This document shows positions 44,209 through 52,221 of a stretch of DNA of 64,000 nucleotides, in pieces. The stretch is from Candidatus Omnitrophota bacterium (lineage in GTDB: Bacteria; Omnitrophota; Gorgyraeia; Aquiviventales; Aquiviventaceae): assembly GCA_016192545.1 (NCBI GenBank), contig JACPTX010000053.1, forward strand, positions 1,129 to 65,128, written 5' to 3'. Made by a program: the position numbers and the translations under genes. Numbering within the stretch: the first letter of the stretch is position 1; each line of letters begins with the position of its first letter. The notes below the pieces were generated by a model. It had not been told where the DNA came from. It ran no database searches and saw nothing but the letters and a program-made list of their open reading frames with translations.

Positions 44209-45270
44209 TTACTTTACTAATTCAATTTGCTTGCCAACCACGCTCCACCACTCATCGAGTTCCTTCGTGAAATACTTCACGCGCGTCTTCTTGTACTCCT
44301 TGGTGCTGAACAGATTCTTGTGGGGGAACGGCCCCACCCGTTCCTCAATCTTGCTGACCACATCCATGCAGGCGGAGTGCGTCGGCGCATGGACCATCGT
44401 GAAGAGCGGATACGGCCAATGCGGGTACACGGGACGCCGGTAGCAGTGGCTCACCTGGCGGAACTGCGCCATCTGCTCCCCCACCGCGTCCACCTGATCC
44501 TCCGGCACCTGCCAGACCACCATCGCGTTGGCCAGGAAGCCGGCGTTGCGGTGATACAGAATCGCGGCGAAGCGGCGCATGTAGCCCAGCTGCTCCATCT
44601 CCTTCGCCCACGTGAACAGCTCCTCCTCGGTCAGCCCGGCCTGCTCCGCCCACACCGCGAAGGGCATCTCCAGCATCGGCAGGTCTTCCTGCAGGATGCG
44701 GATGAGGGCGATGTCGCGCTCGGCCAGCTTGGGCTTCGGCGAGGAGCGGCGCTGCTCGTTGTAGATGTCCTCCTCGCTCTCGAGCGCCGGCGCCTTGCCG
44801 GTGAGGTCGAGCCTCACGCCGATCTTGTAGAGCCGCAGGGTCGGCAGGATGATGGTCTGCTCCGCGCCCGCCAGGGTGTGGAGGATGTTGACGGTCTGCT
44901 CCAGCGAATCGGTCGGCGGCACCGCGACCGTGAACCAGATGTTGAACGGATCGTTGCGCTTGTAGTTGTGCGACACGCCGGGGTGCTGGTTGACGACCTC
45001 CGCGGCCTCGTCCACGCGGGCCGGGTCCACCTTCATCGCGGCCAGCGTGCTCTGGTAGCCCAGGGAGCGCGTGTCGAAGATCGCGGAGAGCTGCCGGATG
45101 ACCTGGTCGCGTTTGAGGCGCTCGATGCGCGACAGGGTCTCCTGCTCGGAGAGGCCGAGCTGCTGCCCCAGCGCGGCGAAGGGCCGGTGTGTGATGGGGA
45201 ATTTCGCCTGCAGCTCGGTCAGGATCGCGCGGTCAACGGCGTCAAGGATCGGGACGGTCGCGGTGGCCAT
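44209..45270 (-). CDS. Fused tandem Lrp/AsnC-like protein, siroheme decarboxylase-like (AhbA/AhbB, NirDL type)
   Basis: 353 aa from ATG 45270 (TGATG junction). Two tandem halves, DRAILTELQAKFPITHRPFAALGQQLGLSEQETLSRIERL... and DIALIRILQEDLPMLEMPFAVWAEQAGLTEEELFTWAKEM..., as in NirD/L/G/H and AhbA/B proteins. Confidence 0.65.
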   Translation of the reverse strand: MATATVPILDAVDRAILTELQAKFPITHRPFAALGQQLGLSEQETLSRIERLKRDQVIRQLSAIFDTRSLGYQSTLAAMKVDPARVDEAAEVVNQHPGVSHNYKRNDPFNIWFTVAVPPTDSLEQTVNILHTLAGAEQTIILPTLRLYKIGVRLDLTGKAPALESEEDIYNEQRRSSPKPKLAERDIALIRILQEDLPMLEMPFAVWAEQAGLTEEELFTWAKEMEQLGYMRRFAAILYHRNAGFLANAMVVWQVPEDQVDAVGEQMAQFRQVSHCYRRPVYPHWPYPLFTMVHAPTHSACMDVVSKIEERVGPFPHKNLFSTKEYKKTRVKYFTKELDEWWSVVGKQIELVK

Positions 45271-46286
45271 CAGGTGGCGGCGGGTTCCAGGCCGAATGAC
45301 TCGGCGTACAATCTCGCAATGCGGGCCAGCTCGTCGTCGGTCAGATCGGGCGCCTCCGAGGCGGCGAGGAACTCCTCCAGGAGTGCCTCGTTGTAGATGT
45401 TGGGCAGCACCGAGGCGACCGACGGCTCGGCGAGGATGAACTTCAGCGCGGCCTGCCCCAGCGTGCGGCCGGTCCCGTCGGTCAGGAAGCGCAAGTGGTT
45501 GACCTTCTGCAGCCCCTCGACCTGCCACTTGCGCTTGCGCTCATCGGTCGAGACGCGGTGGTAGCGGTGGTCGGTCTCGGCGAACACCGTGTCCTCCCTG
45601 ACTGTTCCGTCGAGCAGGCCCGAGGCGTGCGGCACGCGGGTCAGACAACTGGCGCCGTGCTTGCGGGCCGTCGGAAACACGCCTTGGCCCAGCATCTGCT
45701 CAAGCAGGTTGTAGATGATCTGCACCACGGCGACGCGGCGGGACTCGATTGCGGCCCGGCCTTCGTCAATCTGCCGCTCGGCGATGGCCGGCCCAAGCGC
45801 CGCGCCGTACGCGCGGATCTTGCCCTCGGCTTTGAGCTGCTCCAGCGTCGAGAACAGATCGTCTTTCCGGATCGCCTCGAGGCGGGGATTGTGGAGCTGG
45901 TAGAGGTCAACGTAATCGGTGCCGAGGCGTTTCAGGCTTTCCTCGAGGGCGAAGCGGATGTACTCCGGGCGCCAGTCCTGCGGCAGCTCCTCCTGGCCCC
46001 GGCGGCTCGTGTGATGGTAGAAGTCGTAGCCGAACTTGGTGCCGATGACGAGCTGCGCGCGCTTGTCGCCGAGGGCGCGGGCTAGGATGGTTTCGCCCAG
46101 GCCGTTGCCGTAGGTGTCCGCGGTGTCGAAGAAGTTCACGCCGCGCTCGAAGGCCTGCTGGAGCATCCGGATGCCGACGGACTCCTCCTTGACGCCCCAC
46201 CACGTCGTCGAGACCGTCCACACCCCGAAGCCGATCTCGGAGACGCTGATGTCCGTTGAGCCGATCTTGCGATAACGCATCGTCAA
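45270..46286 (-). CDS. Aldo/keto reductase
   Basis: 338 aa with GVNFFDTADTYG, LGTDYVDLYQLH and the typical AKR barrel pattern. Confidence 0.85.
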   Translation of the reverse strand: MTMRYRKIGSTDISVSEIGFGVWTVSTTWWGVKEESVGIRMLQQAFERGVNFFDTADTYGNGLGETILARALGDKRAQLVIGTKFGYDFYHHTSRRGQEELPQDWRPEYIRFALEESLKRLGTDYVDLYQLHNPRLEAIRKDDLFSTLEQLKAEGKIRAYGAALGPAIAERQIDEGRAAIESRRVAVVQIIYNLLEQMLGQGVFPTARKHGASCLTRVPHASGLLDGTVREDTVFAETDHRYHRVSTDERKRKWQVEGLQKVNHLRFLTDGTGRTLGQAALKFILAEPSVASVLPNIYNEALLEEFLAASEAPDLTDDELARIARLYAESFGLEPAAT

Positions 46287-46409
46287 ATCCTCCGGGCGGG
46301 TCCTGCCGCTGCGCGACCCCGCCGTCCGTCCTCGTCCGCCAGAAAACGCGGCGGACTTGCGGGCGGGCGGTGGGGGCCCCCGCTCCGCGTCACCCGCCCT
46401 GCCTTATTG

Positions 46410-47204
46410 CTAATCATATACTTCCGCAAGAATGCCGGTGCGGCTGGTCAAGGACGCGGCGATCTGTTCCAGCCGCGCGAGCGGGACTTTCACGATGTCG
46501 GCATCGGCCGGGGCGCGGTCAATGGTGTAGACCTGCACGGACAGCGGCTTGATGTCCGACACGACCTCGATCCATCGGCTCACGTGGTCCTCCCGGGTGT
46601 TGTCATAGCTGCCCTGCACGAACATGGACTGCAGGACGATGCCGGGAAGCCGCTTCAGCGTCGCGAGGAGGCGAAGCCAGTCGGCCTCCCCCAGCGGCTT
46701 GTCGATGAGCCGCCAGGTTTCCTCATCGCCCCCGTCGAGCTTCATGTAGCGCGCGTCCAGCAGCGCCAGGGCGCGGAAGACCTTGGGGCGGTGCGCCTGG
46801 GTGCCGTCGGACAGGATCCCCACCTTGGCGTGCGGGAAGCAGCGGTCGCGCAGCGCCTTCAGCCCGATCACCAGCTCCTCGAGATCCGGATGCAGGGTCG
46901 GCTCGCCGTTGCCGGCCAGCGTGACGCAGTCCACCGCCGTGCCGAGCCGGACGAATTCCTCGAACGACTCCCCGATGGCGGCCAGGAGCTCCGGGGCGCG
47001 CTTGATTGGCTCTGCCCCATGCTCCCCGGCCCGACCCAGTCCGGGGGGGGCGGCCGGCGTCCAGCCGTACTGGCAGTAGACGCAGTTCGAGGAGCAGAGC
47101 TTGTAGCCCAGCGGAAGCGGATTGATCCCCAGGGAGCTTCCCAGCCGGCGGGATTTCACCGGGCCGTACACGACGGAATCTTGTAGGGAGATTTGGCGCA
47201 GCAT
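46410..47204 (-). CDS. Radical SAM protein
   Basis: 264 aa from internal ATG 47204 (MLRQISLQDSVVYGPVKSRRLG...) with CSSNCVYC (CxxxCxxC). The subfamily is not identifiable by eye. Confidence 0.7.
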   Translation of the reverse strand: MLRQISLQDSVVYGPVKSRRLGSSLGINPLPLGYKLCSSNCVYCQYGWTPAAPPGLGRAGEHGAEPIKRAPELLAAIGESFEEFVRLGTAVDCVTLAGNGEPTLHPDLEELVIGLKALRDRCFPHAKVGILSDGTQAHRPKVFRALALLDARYMKLDGGDEETWRLIDKPLGEADWLRLLATLKRLPGIVLQSMFVQGSYDNTREDHVSRWIEVVSDIKPLSVQVYTIDRAPADADIVKVPLARLEQIAASLTSRTGILAEVYD

Positions 47205-47273
47205 CGGAGAGGGCTCTATCTTAGACGAGCGGCTCGATGGTGTCAACGCGCCGGCTGTGATAGAATTGGAGCC

Positions 47274-48272
47274 ATGGACGCGTCCAGTCGGAGACTGCGC
47301 TCCGCGCTGCTCCTGTTGCTCGCGACCTTTCTCATCGGGGTGATCGGGTATCAGCGGATCGAGGGATGGAACACCTTCGATGCGCTCTACATGACGGTGA
47401 TCACCCTGGCGACGGTGGGATACGGCGAGACCCATCCCTTGAGCCCTGCCGGACGAACCTTCACGGTCTTCCTCATCATGCTGGGGGTCGGTGTCCTAAC
47501 CTACGGGGTGACGGCGGCCACCGCCTTTGTCGTGGAAGGGACCATGACGAATCTCATTGGGAGGAGAAAAATGGAAGCGGACATCAGCAAGCTGCGCGGG
47601 CACATCATCCTCTGCGGCGCGGGGGAGACCGGGCGCCACATCGCCGCAGAGCTGCTCAAGGCCCGCGTGCCGTTTGTGGTGATCGACAAGGACGGCGAGC
47701 GGCTCAAGGCGCTGGATGCGGCTGCGCACGTGCTCTTCATCGAAGGCGATGCCACCCAGGATGAGGTCCTGGCGCGCGCCCGGATCCAGGACGCGCGGGG
47801 GCTGATCAGCATCCTGCCGCAAGACCGGGATAACGTGTTCGTGGTGCTGACCGCGCGCGCCTTGAATCCCCGCCTGCGGATCATCTCGAAAGTCGTGGAG
47901 TTGGAGTCGCGGGCCAAGCTGGCCAAGGCCGGAGCCGACGCCACCGTCTCGTCGAATTTCATCGGCGCGATGCGCATGGCCTCGGAGATGATCCGCCCCG
48001 CCGTCGTGTCGTTCCTCGACACCATGCTGCGGGCCGACGGCGGGAACGTGCGGGTGGAAGAGGTCAGGCTCCCGACGGGCTCAGCCCTGGCGGGACGCAC
48101 GCTCCAGGACGCCAGGATCTACGAGCAGACAGGGCTGCTGGTGATCGCGACCAGCGATGGCCGGACCTATGAGGTCAATCCGAATCCCGCCCTCAGGCTC
48201 CAGGAGGGGAGTGGACTCATCGTCTGCTGCGCGCCTGAGCAGTTGGCGCGTCTTCGCGACCTCGTAAAGTAA
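47274..48272 (+). CDS. Two-TM potassium channel with RCK/TrkA-N domains
   Basis: Start at ATG 47274 (MDASSRRLRSALLLLLATF). Contains the TVGYGE selectivity filter, the Rossmann-like ILCGAGETGRHIA and a TrkA-C-like end. Confidence 0.85.
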   Translation: MDASSRRLRSALLLLLATFLIGVIGYQRIEGWNTFDALYMTVITLATVGYGETHPLSPAGRTFTVFLIMLGVGVLTYGVTAATAFVVEGTMTNLIGRRKMEADISKLRGHIILCGAGETGRHIAAELLKARVPFVVIDKDGERLKALDAAAHVLFIEGDATQDEVLARARIQDARGLISILPQDRDNVFVVLTARALNPRLRIISKVVELESRAKLAKAGADATVSSNFIGAMRMASEMIRPAVVSFLDTMLRADGGNVRVEEVRLPTGSALAGRTLQDARIYEQTGLLVIATSDGRTYEVNPNPALRLQEGSGLIVCCAPEQLARLRDLVK

Positions 48273-48301
48273 AGGGGTCAGACCCCTCACTTGAAGGGGT
48301 C
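48272..48301. repeat. GGGGTCAGACCCC repeat plus a left half-copy (AAGGGGTC) interrupted by the transposon
   Basis: aaGGGGTCAGACCCCtcacttgAAGGGGTC followed by the IS end. The other half (AAGGGGTCTGACCCCTT) resumes at 51329. Confidence 0.85.
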
Positions 48302-48398
48302 GGTAGTGCCTTAATTTGATTTAGGAACTCATACAATGTCTAATTATGTTCGTCGCCTTTTATTGTGTCTATTGAGGTGGTAAAATGCCCTCAGGTTC

Positions 48399-49163
48399 AT
48401 GTTTACTCCTAAAACAGATAGAATCAAAGAGGTGGCCAAATCCCAATCAAAGGTGATTGAGGAGCTAAAAATGCTCTTGGAGGGGCAAGTGCGTGTGTAC
48501 ATTGACTATGGAAACGCGCACAAATGGTCAAATCGCTTGGGGTGGCACATTGACCAGAAGAGGATTTATCAATTCCTTTCTTCATTTGACAACATAACCA
48601 ACATAGGATTGTACGATGGTACACTTCAAGGAGATGCTCGGTCGGAACAATCAATTAAGGATGCTGAGCAGCGTGGTTATCGAGTTAGAACGAAACCCGT
48701 TAAGATCATGCATATTTCAATCAATGCAAGCAGCATTAGTACCACGTCGCCTGATCTACTCAAAGAGTTCATCAGAATGGCATTATTACGAGAACTCGAT
48801 ATTAAAACTATTGAGTTCTTGAACGCGAGGCTAAAAGAATTGAATCAGAGGGGCGTATATTACGTTGAGGAACGGAAGTGCAACTTCGACGTGGAAATTG
48901 GATCGGACATGCTTCTTGATCTTGAGCGAGGAGGAACAGATTGCTTTGTGCTATGGAGCGGAGATAGTGATTTCCAGCATCCCATCAAAGAACTTTTACT
49001 AAAGAGTAAAAAGGTAATACTTTTTGCGACAGCTAGACGCGTTGCAACGGAATTGGATGAGTTGCGAAAAATAGGGCTGTTGATCTTTGATATTGCTAAG
49101 ATACGGGAATTTATCTGCTGGCCACGCGAACTCGCGGTGGGAAAAGCAAAGGGGACGCCCTAA
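48399..49163 (+). CDS. NYN-domain (LabA/DUF88-like) predicted ribonuclease
   Basis: 254 aa with VRVYIDYGNAH (N-terminal Asp), KCNFDVEIGSDML and CFVLWSGDSDFQHPIKELLLKSKKVILFA, the NYN/PIN-like acidic motif arrangement. Confidence 0.6.
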   Translation: MFTPKTDRIKEVAKSQSKVIEELKMLLEGQVRVYIDYGNAHKWSNRLGWHIDQKRIYQFLSSFDNITNIGLYDGTLQGDARSEQSIKDAEQRGYRVRTKPVKIMHISINASSISTTSPDLLKEFIRMALLRELDIKTIEFLNARLKELNQRGVYYVEERKCNFDVEIGSDMLLDLERGGTDCFVLWSGDSDFQHPIKELLLKSKKVILFATARRVATELDELRKIGLLIFDIAKIREFICWPRELAVGKAKGTP

Positions 49164-49181
49164 GGCGCCCCCAAGCTATCG

Positions 49182-49214
49182 ACTAGTGCAGCTTTTAGCT
49201 GCAAGACTAGTTTG
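49182..49214 (+). terminator. Hairpin terminator between the convergent NYN and transposase genes
   Basis: ACTAGTGCAGCT-ttt-AGCTGCAagACTAGT followed by TTTG. Confidence 0.5.
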
Positions 49215-49292
49215 CCTTAGTTTGGGTGTGTGTGTCAACAAAATTATGCGCTTAGTACGCCTTGAATAGGACTGCTATCTCCGTGCCTTCCA

Positions 49293-50108
49293 TTACGAGA
49301 CCCCCTGTTGTTTAAGTGCCCCACTCACCAATTCCTCCATCGTCCACAGATGGTCGGTCAGATCTGCGGCCATGGCCGGAGTCATTTTTAGCGTCCTATG
49401 CCATCGGCAGAAGTTATAGTAGCTGAAATATAGGTGCAGAGCCGCTAGATGATTCTCTGATTTCTTTGAGAACGCGCTTGTTTTACGCGCCAGTCGCCGC
49501 ACACTCATCCGCATCGTGAGATTGTTCCGCTCAACGTAGGACGTACTAATCTTCTCCACGTTGGGGTTGCCAGCGACCACCACTGGACGAGCGCCCACTA
49601 CTTCATCGCCGCGATATATTTTCATCAATTGTCCAAAATGGACTTCTGTGCCAAAGGCCAATTCTGCAGCGTCTCGGTAAGCCAGCAAACCATCCGTCGT
49701 AAGTTGAAACTCACCTACAAGTCGTCGCCGTAAATCCATCATGAGCCGGTAGGCTGAGGCCGTATCCCGGTGCCCCAAGATATAGCTAATTACCAGTTTA
49801 GTATCAGCATCTAACGCCACAAAGACCCACACTTCGCCTTTATAGCCGTTCATAACTGCGCCTATATGCTCAGGATCAGCCTCTTTTTTTCCGATGAATG
49901 ACCATAACTCATCGGCTTGGACGTACTTGGCCTGAATGTTTTGAATCTTGGCATCAAGGAGGCGGTGGCAGGAGTCGCCAGCCCGAACGAGCCAGGACAT
50001 AATCGTATTCTGATTCACGCCTGTCATGCGCTCTAAGGCGCGAATACTGTGCCCTTCTACGAGGCCACCGAGTATCGTTAGGACTTTCTCTTTTCTCAGC
50101 ACATACAT
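49293..50108 (-). CDS. IS1-family-like DDE transposase (single ORF)
   Basis: 271 aa with N-terminal HTH (HSIRALERMTGVNQNTIMSWL), ADELWSFIGKK, VFVALDADTK, LTTDGLLAYRDA and TSYVERNNLTMRMSVRRLARKTSAFSKK. These parallel IS1 InsB motifs ([39 protein letters not shown]) as recalled. Confidence 0.75.
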   Translation of the reverse strand: MYVLRKEKVLTILGGLVEGHSIRALERMTGVNQNTIMSWLVRAGDSCHRLLDAKIQNIQAKYVQADELWSFIGKKEADPEHIGAVMNGYKGEVWVFVALDADTKLVISYILGHRDTASAYRLMMDLRRRLVGEFQLTTDGLLAYRDAAELAFGTEVHFGQLMKIYRGDEVVGARPVVVAGNPNVEKISTSYVERNNLTMRMSVRRLARKTSAFSKKSENHLAALHLYFSYYNFCRWHRTLKMTPAMAADLTDHLWTMEELVSGALKQQGVS

Positions 50109-50146
50109 CTGTTATTTCACTTGATAAGATACGAGGCAAAAAAATA

Positions 50147-50344
50147 TCAGGGGATCACGCCTTTTGCCCTGAGAATAACCTGATACGCCTTAGATACTTT
50201 TGCCTTGCCATTTAGCCACCGATTAATTGTGGGCGGCGGTACCCCAATTTCAGAAGCTAGCTCGTACTGGCGCTTGTCGGTGCGTTCCAGGTATGCGCTG
50301 ATCTGACGTACCACTTCGTTGTTGATACCATTCGTCTTGTTCAT
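50147..50344 (-). CDS. Small helix-turn-helix protein (InsA-like or XRE-like regulator)
   Basis: 65 aa with QYELASEIGVPPPTINRWLNG, an HTH. Lies 38 nt upstream of the transposase. Confidence 0.6.
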   Translation of the reverse strand: MNKTNGINNEVVRQISAYLERTDKRQYELASEIGVPPPTINRWLNGKAKVSKAYQVILRAKGVIP

Positions 50345-50390
50345 GGCGTAAAGAGGATAACATATGAATTATCACTTGTCAATAGATATT

Positions 50391-51053
50391 TTACGAGGTT
50401 GGAGTTGGGGGTGAGACAAAAGTGTCCAAAAAGAGCTGTGGCGAGCAGGTAAACATGCCAATCTTCTGAAGATCCAACTTGCTCAGTTCTTTGTCCAAAA
50501 AATCATCGAGAGTTATAAAAACATTGCACTTGGCATCTAAGGCCGTGCCCACATGGATACAATCTGCGGCTTCAATATTTGTGTCGCGAGCCATTTCAAA
50601 TACTCGTTGCCAGCCATCGGGTTTCAGATCAACAAAGGTGATGAAATCCTTGTAGGTCAGTTCATACTCCTGATACAAGAGATTCCAGAGATCGGTTAGT
50701 TCTGTGGGTGTCAGGTCTCGTTTATGTCGATTGCTGTAAATCTGGTTAATCTGTATGCCCTGAGCTAACTTGTTATTGATGTACTTTGTCATCTGTACCT
50801 GGGTAAGTATTTCTAAGTAAGCTAACAATGATGAGACTGTTGGAATCTTTTGCGTCCTCAGGTAACGCAATACCTGACGAGAATCGGTGCGACGCTTGTA
50901 TAGATCATCAAGCAAAATATTAGTATCAACATACACGGTGAGGCTAGGAGTGGGTGCAAGGGTTGGTGCGGTTGTGAGGACTGGATTAGGATTTGTCTTT
51001 GCCGCCATCTTCTTTTGGAGGTTCTTTTGCTGGTGGCGTCTTTGGCGGGACAT
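50391..51053 (-). CDS. PIN-domain protein (VapC-like toxin candidate)
   Basis: Contains TVYVDTNILLDD (first acidic residue) and EAADCIHVGTALDAKCNVFITLDDF (C-terminal acidic residues). The start is ambiguous (ATG 51053 or 51008). Confidence 0.6.
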   Translation of the reverse strand: MSRQRRHQQKNLQKKMAAKTNPNPVLTTAPTLAPTPSLTVYVDTNILLDDLYKRRTDSRQVLRYLRTQKIPTVSSLLAYLEILTQVQMTKYINNKLAQGIQINQIYSNRHKRDLTPTELTDLWNLLYQEYELTYKDFITFVDLKPDGWQRVFEMARDTNIEAADCIHVGTALDAKCNVFITLDDFLDKELSKLDLQKIGMFTCSPQLFLDTFVSPPTPTS

Positions 51054-51261
51054 CTATTTTCACTTGCTCAACTGCATCTAAATCTGGTTTGGAGGATGGG
51101 TGCTTCTTAATGTGCTCAAGAAGCGCTTTTCGCAACTGCTCTTGGCGCTTTTTCTCAAGTTCCTGTAACTGCTCAGGAGTAGGCTCTTTGGGGGAGATGG
51201 GCATAGGAGGAATGTTCTTAGAGAGTCTATCGAGACTGACTGTAATGGTCAAGCGTAGCAT
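50986..51261 (-). CDS. Small Lys/Pro/Glu-rich protein upstream of the PIN gene (antitoxin candidate)
   Basis: Start at ATG 51261 (MLRLTITVSLDRLSK..., beta-strand-first as in RHH/AbrB-type antitoxins), preceded by GGAGGA 5 nt upstream. Overlaps the PIN ORF. Confidence 0.45.
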   Translation of the reverse strand: MLRLTITVSLDRLSKNIPPMPISPKEPTPEQLQELEKKRQEQLRKALLEHIKKHPSSKPDLDAVEQVKIDVPPKTPPAKEPPKEDGGKDKS

Positions 51262-51328
51262 TAGTCCTCCGTAGGGGTAACCACGCGTACCAGAGAAAAA
51301 CATCTAAAACTGAGATTCAGGCACTACC

Positions 51329-51345
51329 AAGGGGTCTGACCCCTT
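51329..51345. repeat. Right half of the interrupted palindromic repeat (AAGGGGTCTGACCCCTT)
   Basis: Joining 48272-48301 to 51337 onward reconstructs AAGGGGTCAGACCCCT-cacttga-AGGGGTCTGACCCCTT, a 16-bp-stem hairpin like the one at 28533-28566. Confidence 0.85.
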
Positions 51346-51403
51346 GCGCTGTCGTCAGGATTCCGGTATCCTGCCCAGAGGTTTGCACGCCAACAGAGGG
51401 GGC

Positions 51404-52210
51404 ATGATGTCACGAGTGGGCGCGGGGCTCCTGATCGGATGGCTGGTGATCGCGGGGACGGCCCGCGCCGAGGAGTTGACGGGACGGCAAATCCTCGATC
51501 AGGTCGCCGAGCGTCACGAGGCGCCCTATGAAGGCGAGGTGCAGACCATGACCCTCGTCGACAAGAAGGGCAACCAGGAAGTCCGCGAGGTGCGCCGATC
51601 GGTCCGCAAGGGTGAAGACGGGCAGTTCAAATACCTCATCATCTTTGACAGCCCTCCCGGCGTGAAGGGGGTGGCCCTGCTCACCTGGCAGCACGCGGAC
51701 GCCGATGACGACCAATGGCTGTACCTGCCGGCGCAGGGCGACCAGCTCAAGCGGATCGCCAAGGGCAGCAAGAAAAATTACTTCATGGGAACGGACTTCA
51801 CGTATGAGGATCTCGTCTCCGAATCACGCGACAAGTTCACGTTCACCCGGCTGGCCGATGAGGTCCTGGACGGGACGGCGTGCTTTGTGGTGGACATCGC
51901 GCCGGCGACCCCGGAGCTGGCCAAGGACAGCGGCTACCAGAAGCGGACGGTGTGGATCCGCCAGGACACCTTCGCCATCCTCCGCACCGATTATGTTGAT
52001 AAACAGGGCAAGCTCTTGAAGCGCCAAACGGCGGATGAGCTGGTCAACGTTTCGGGCCCCCTGTGGCGGGCGGCGATGACGCGGATGGAAAACTTCAGCA
52101 ACGGGCATGCCACCCATGTCCGGGTCGAGAAGCGCTTCCTGGAGGAGTCCGCGGTCCCTGAAGACCACTTCCAGCAACGGTTCCTGCAGTCCGGCCAGCA
52201 CCTGCTTTAA
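51404..52210 (+). CDS. LolA-like outer-membrane lipoprotein-sorting family protein
   Basis: Start at ATG 51404 after AGAGGGGG. Signal peptide MMSRVGAGLLIGWLVIAGTARA. Contains YLIIFDSPPGVKGVALL...DDDQWLYLPA...KRI...FMGTDFTYEDL, the LolA_like pattern usually paired with HAE3/MMPL-type RND exporters. Confidence 0.7.
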   Translation: MMSRVGAGLLIGWLVIAGTARAEELTGRQILDQVAERHEAPYEGEVQTMTLVDKKGNQEVREVRRSVRKGEDGQFKYLIIFDSPPGVKGVALLTWQHADADDDQWLYLPAQGDQLKRIAKGSKKNYFMGTDFTYEDLVSESRDKFTFTRLADEVLDGTACFVVDIAPATPELAKDSGYQKRTVWIRQDTFAILRTDYVDKQGKLLKRQTADELVNVSGPLWRAAMTRMENFSNGHATHVRVEKRFLEESAVPEDHFQQRFLQSGQHLL

Positions 52211-52221
52211 GCCCGCCGGCG

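Larger units (their letters stand above)
48302..51328 (-). mobile_element. IS1-family-like cargo transposon (3,027 bp) with TIRs and 8-bp target duplication
   Basis: Ends are GGTAGTGCCTTAATTTGATTTAG... (left) and, as reverse complement, GGTAGTGCCTGAATCTCAGTTTTAG... (right). Flanked by AAGGGGTC at 48294-48301 and 51329-51336. Clearly AT-rich (about 37% GC counted on one sample line) versus the flanks. Encodes an IS1-like DDE transposase plus four passenger ORFs. Confidence 0.8.

Noticed and set aside
46287-46409. Hairpin GTCCGCC-agaaaacgc-GGCGGAC between the radical SAM and AKR genes as a terminator
   Set aside because: The stem is short, no U-run follows on the minus strand, and the downstream gene may be co-transcribed. 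Not convincing.
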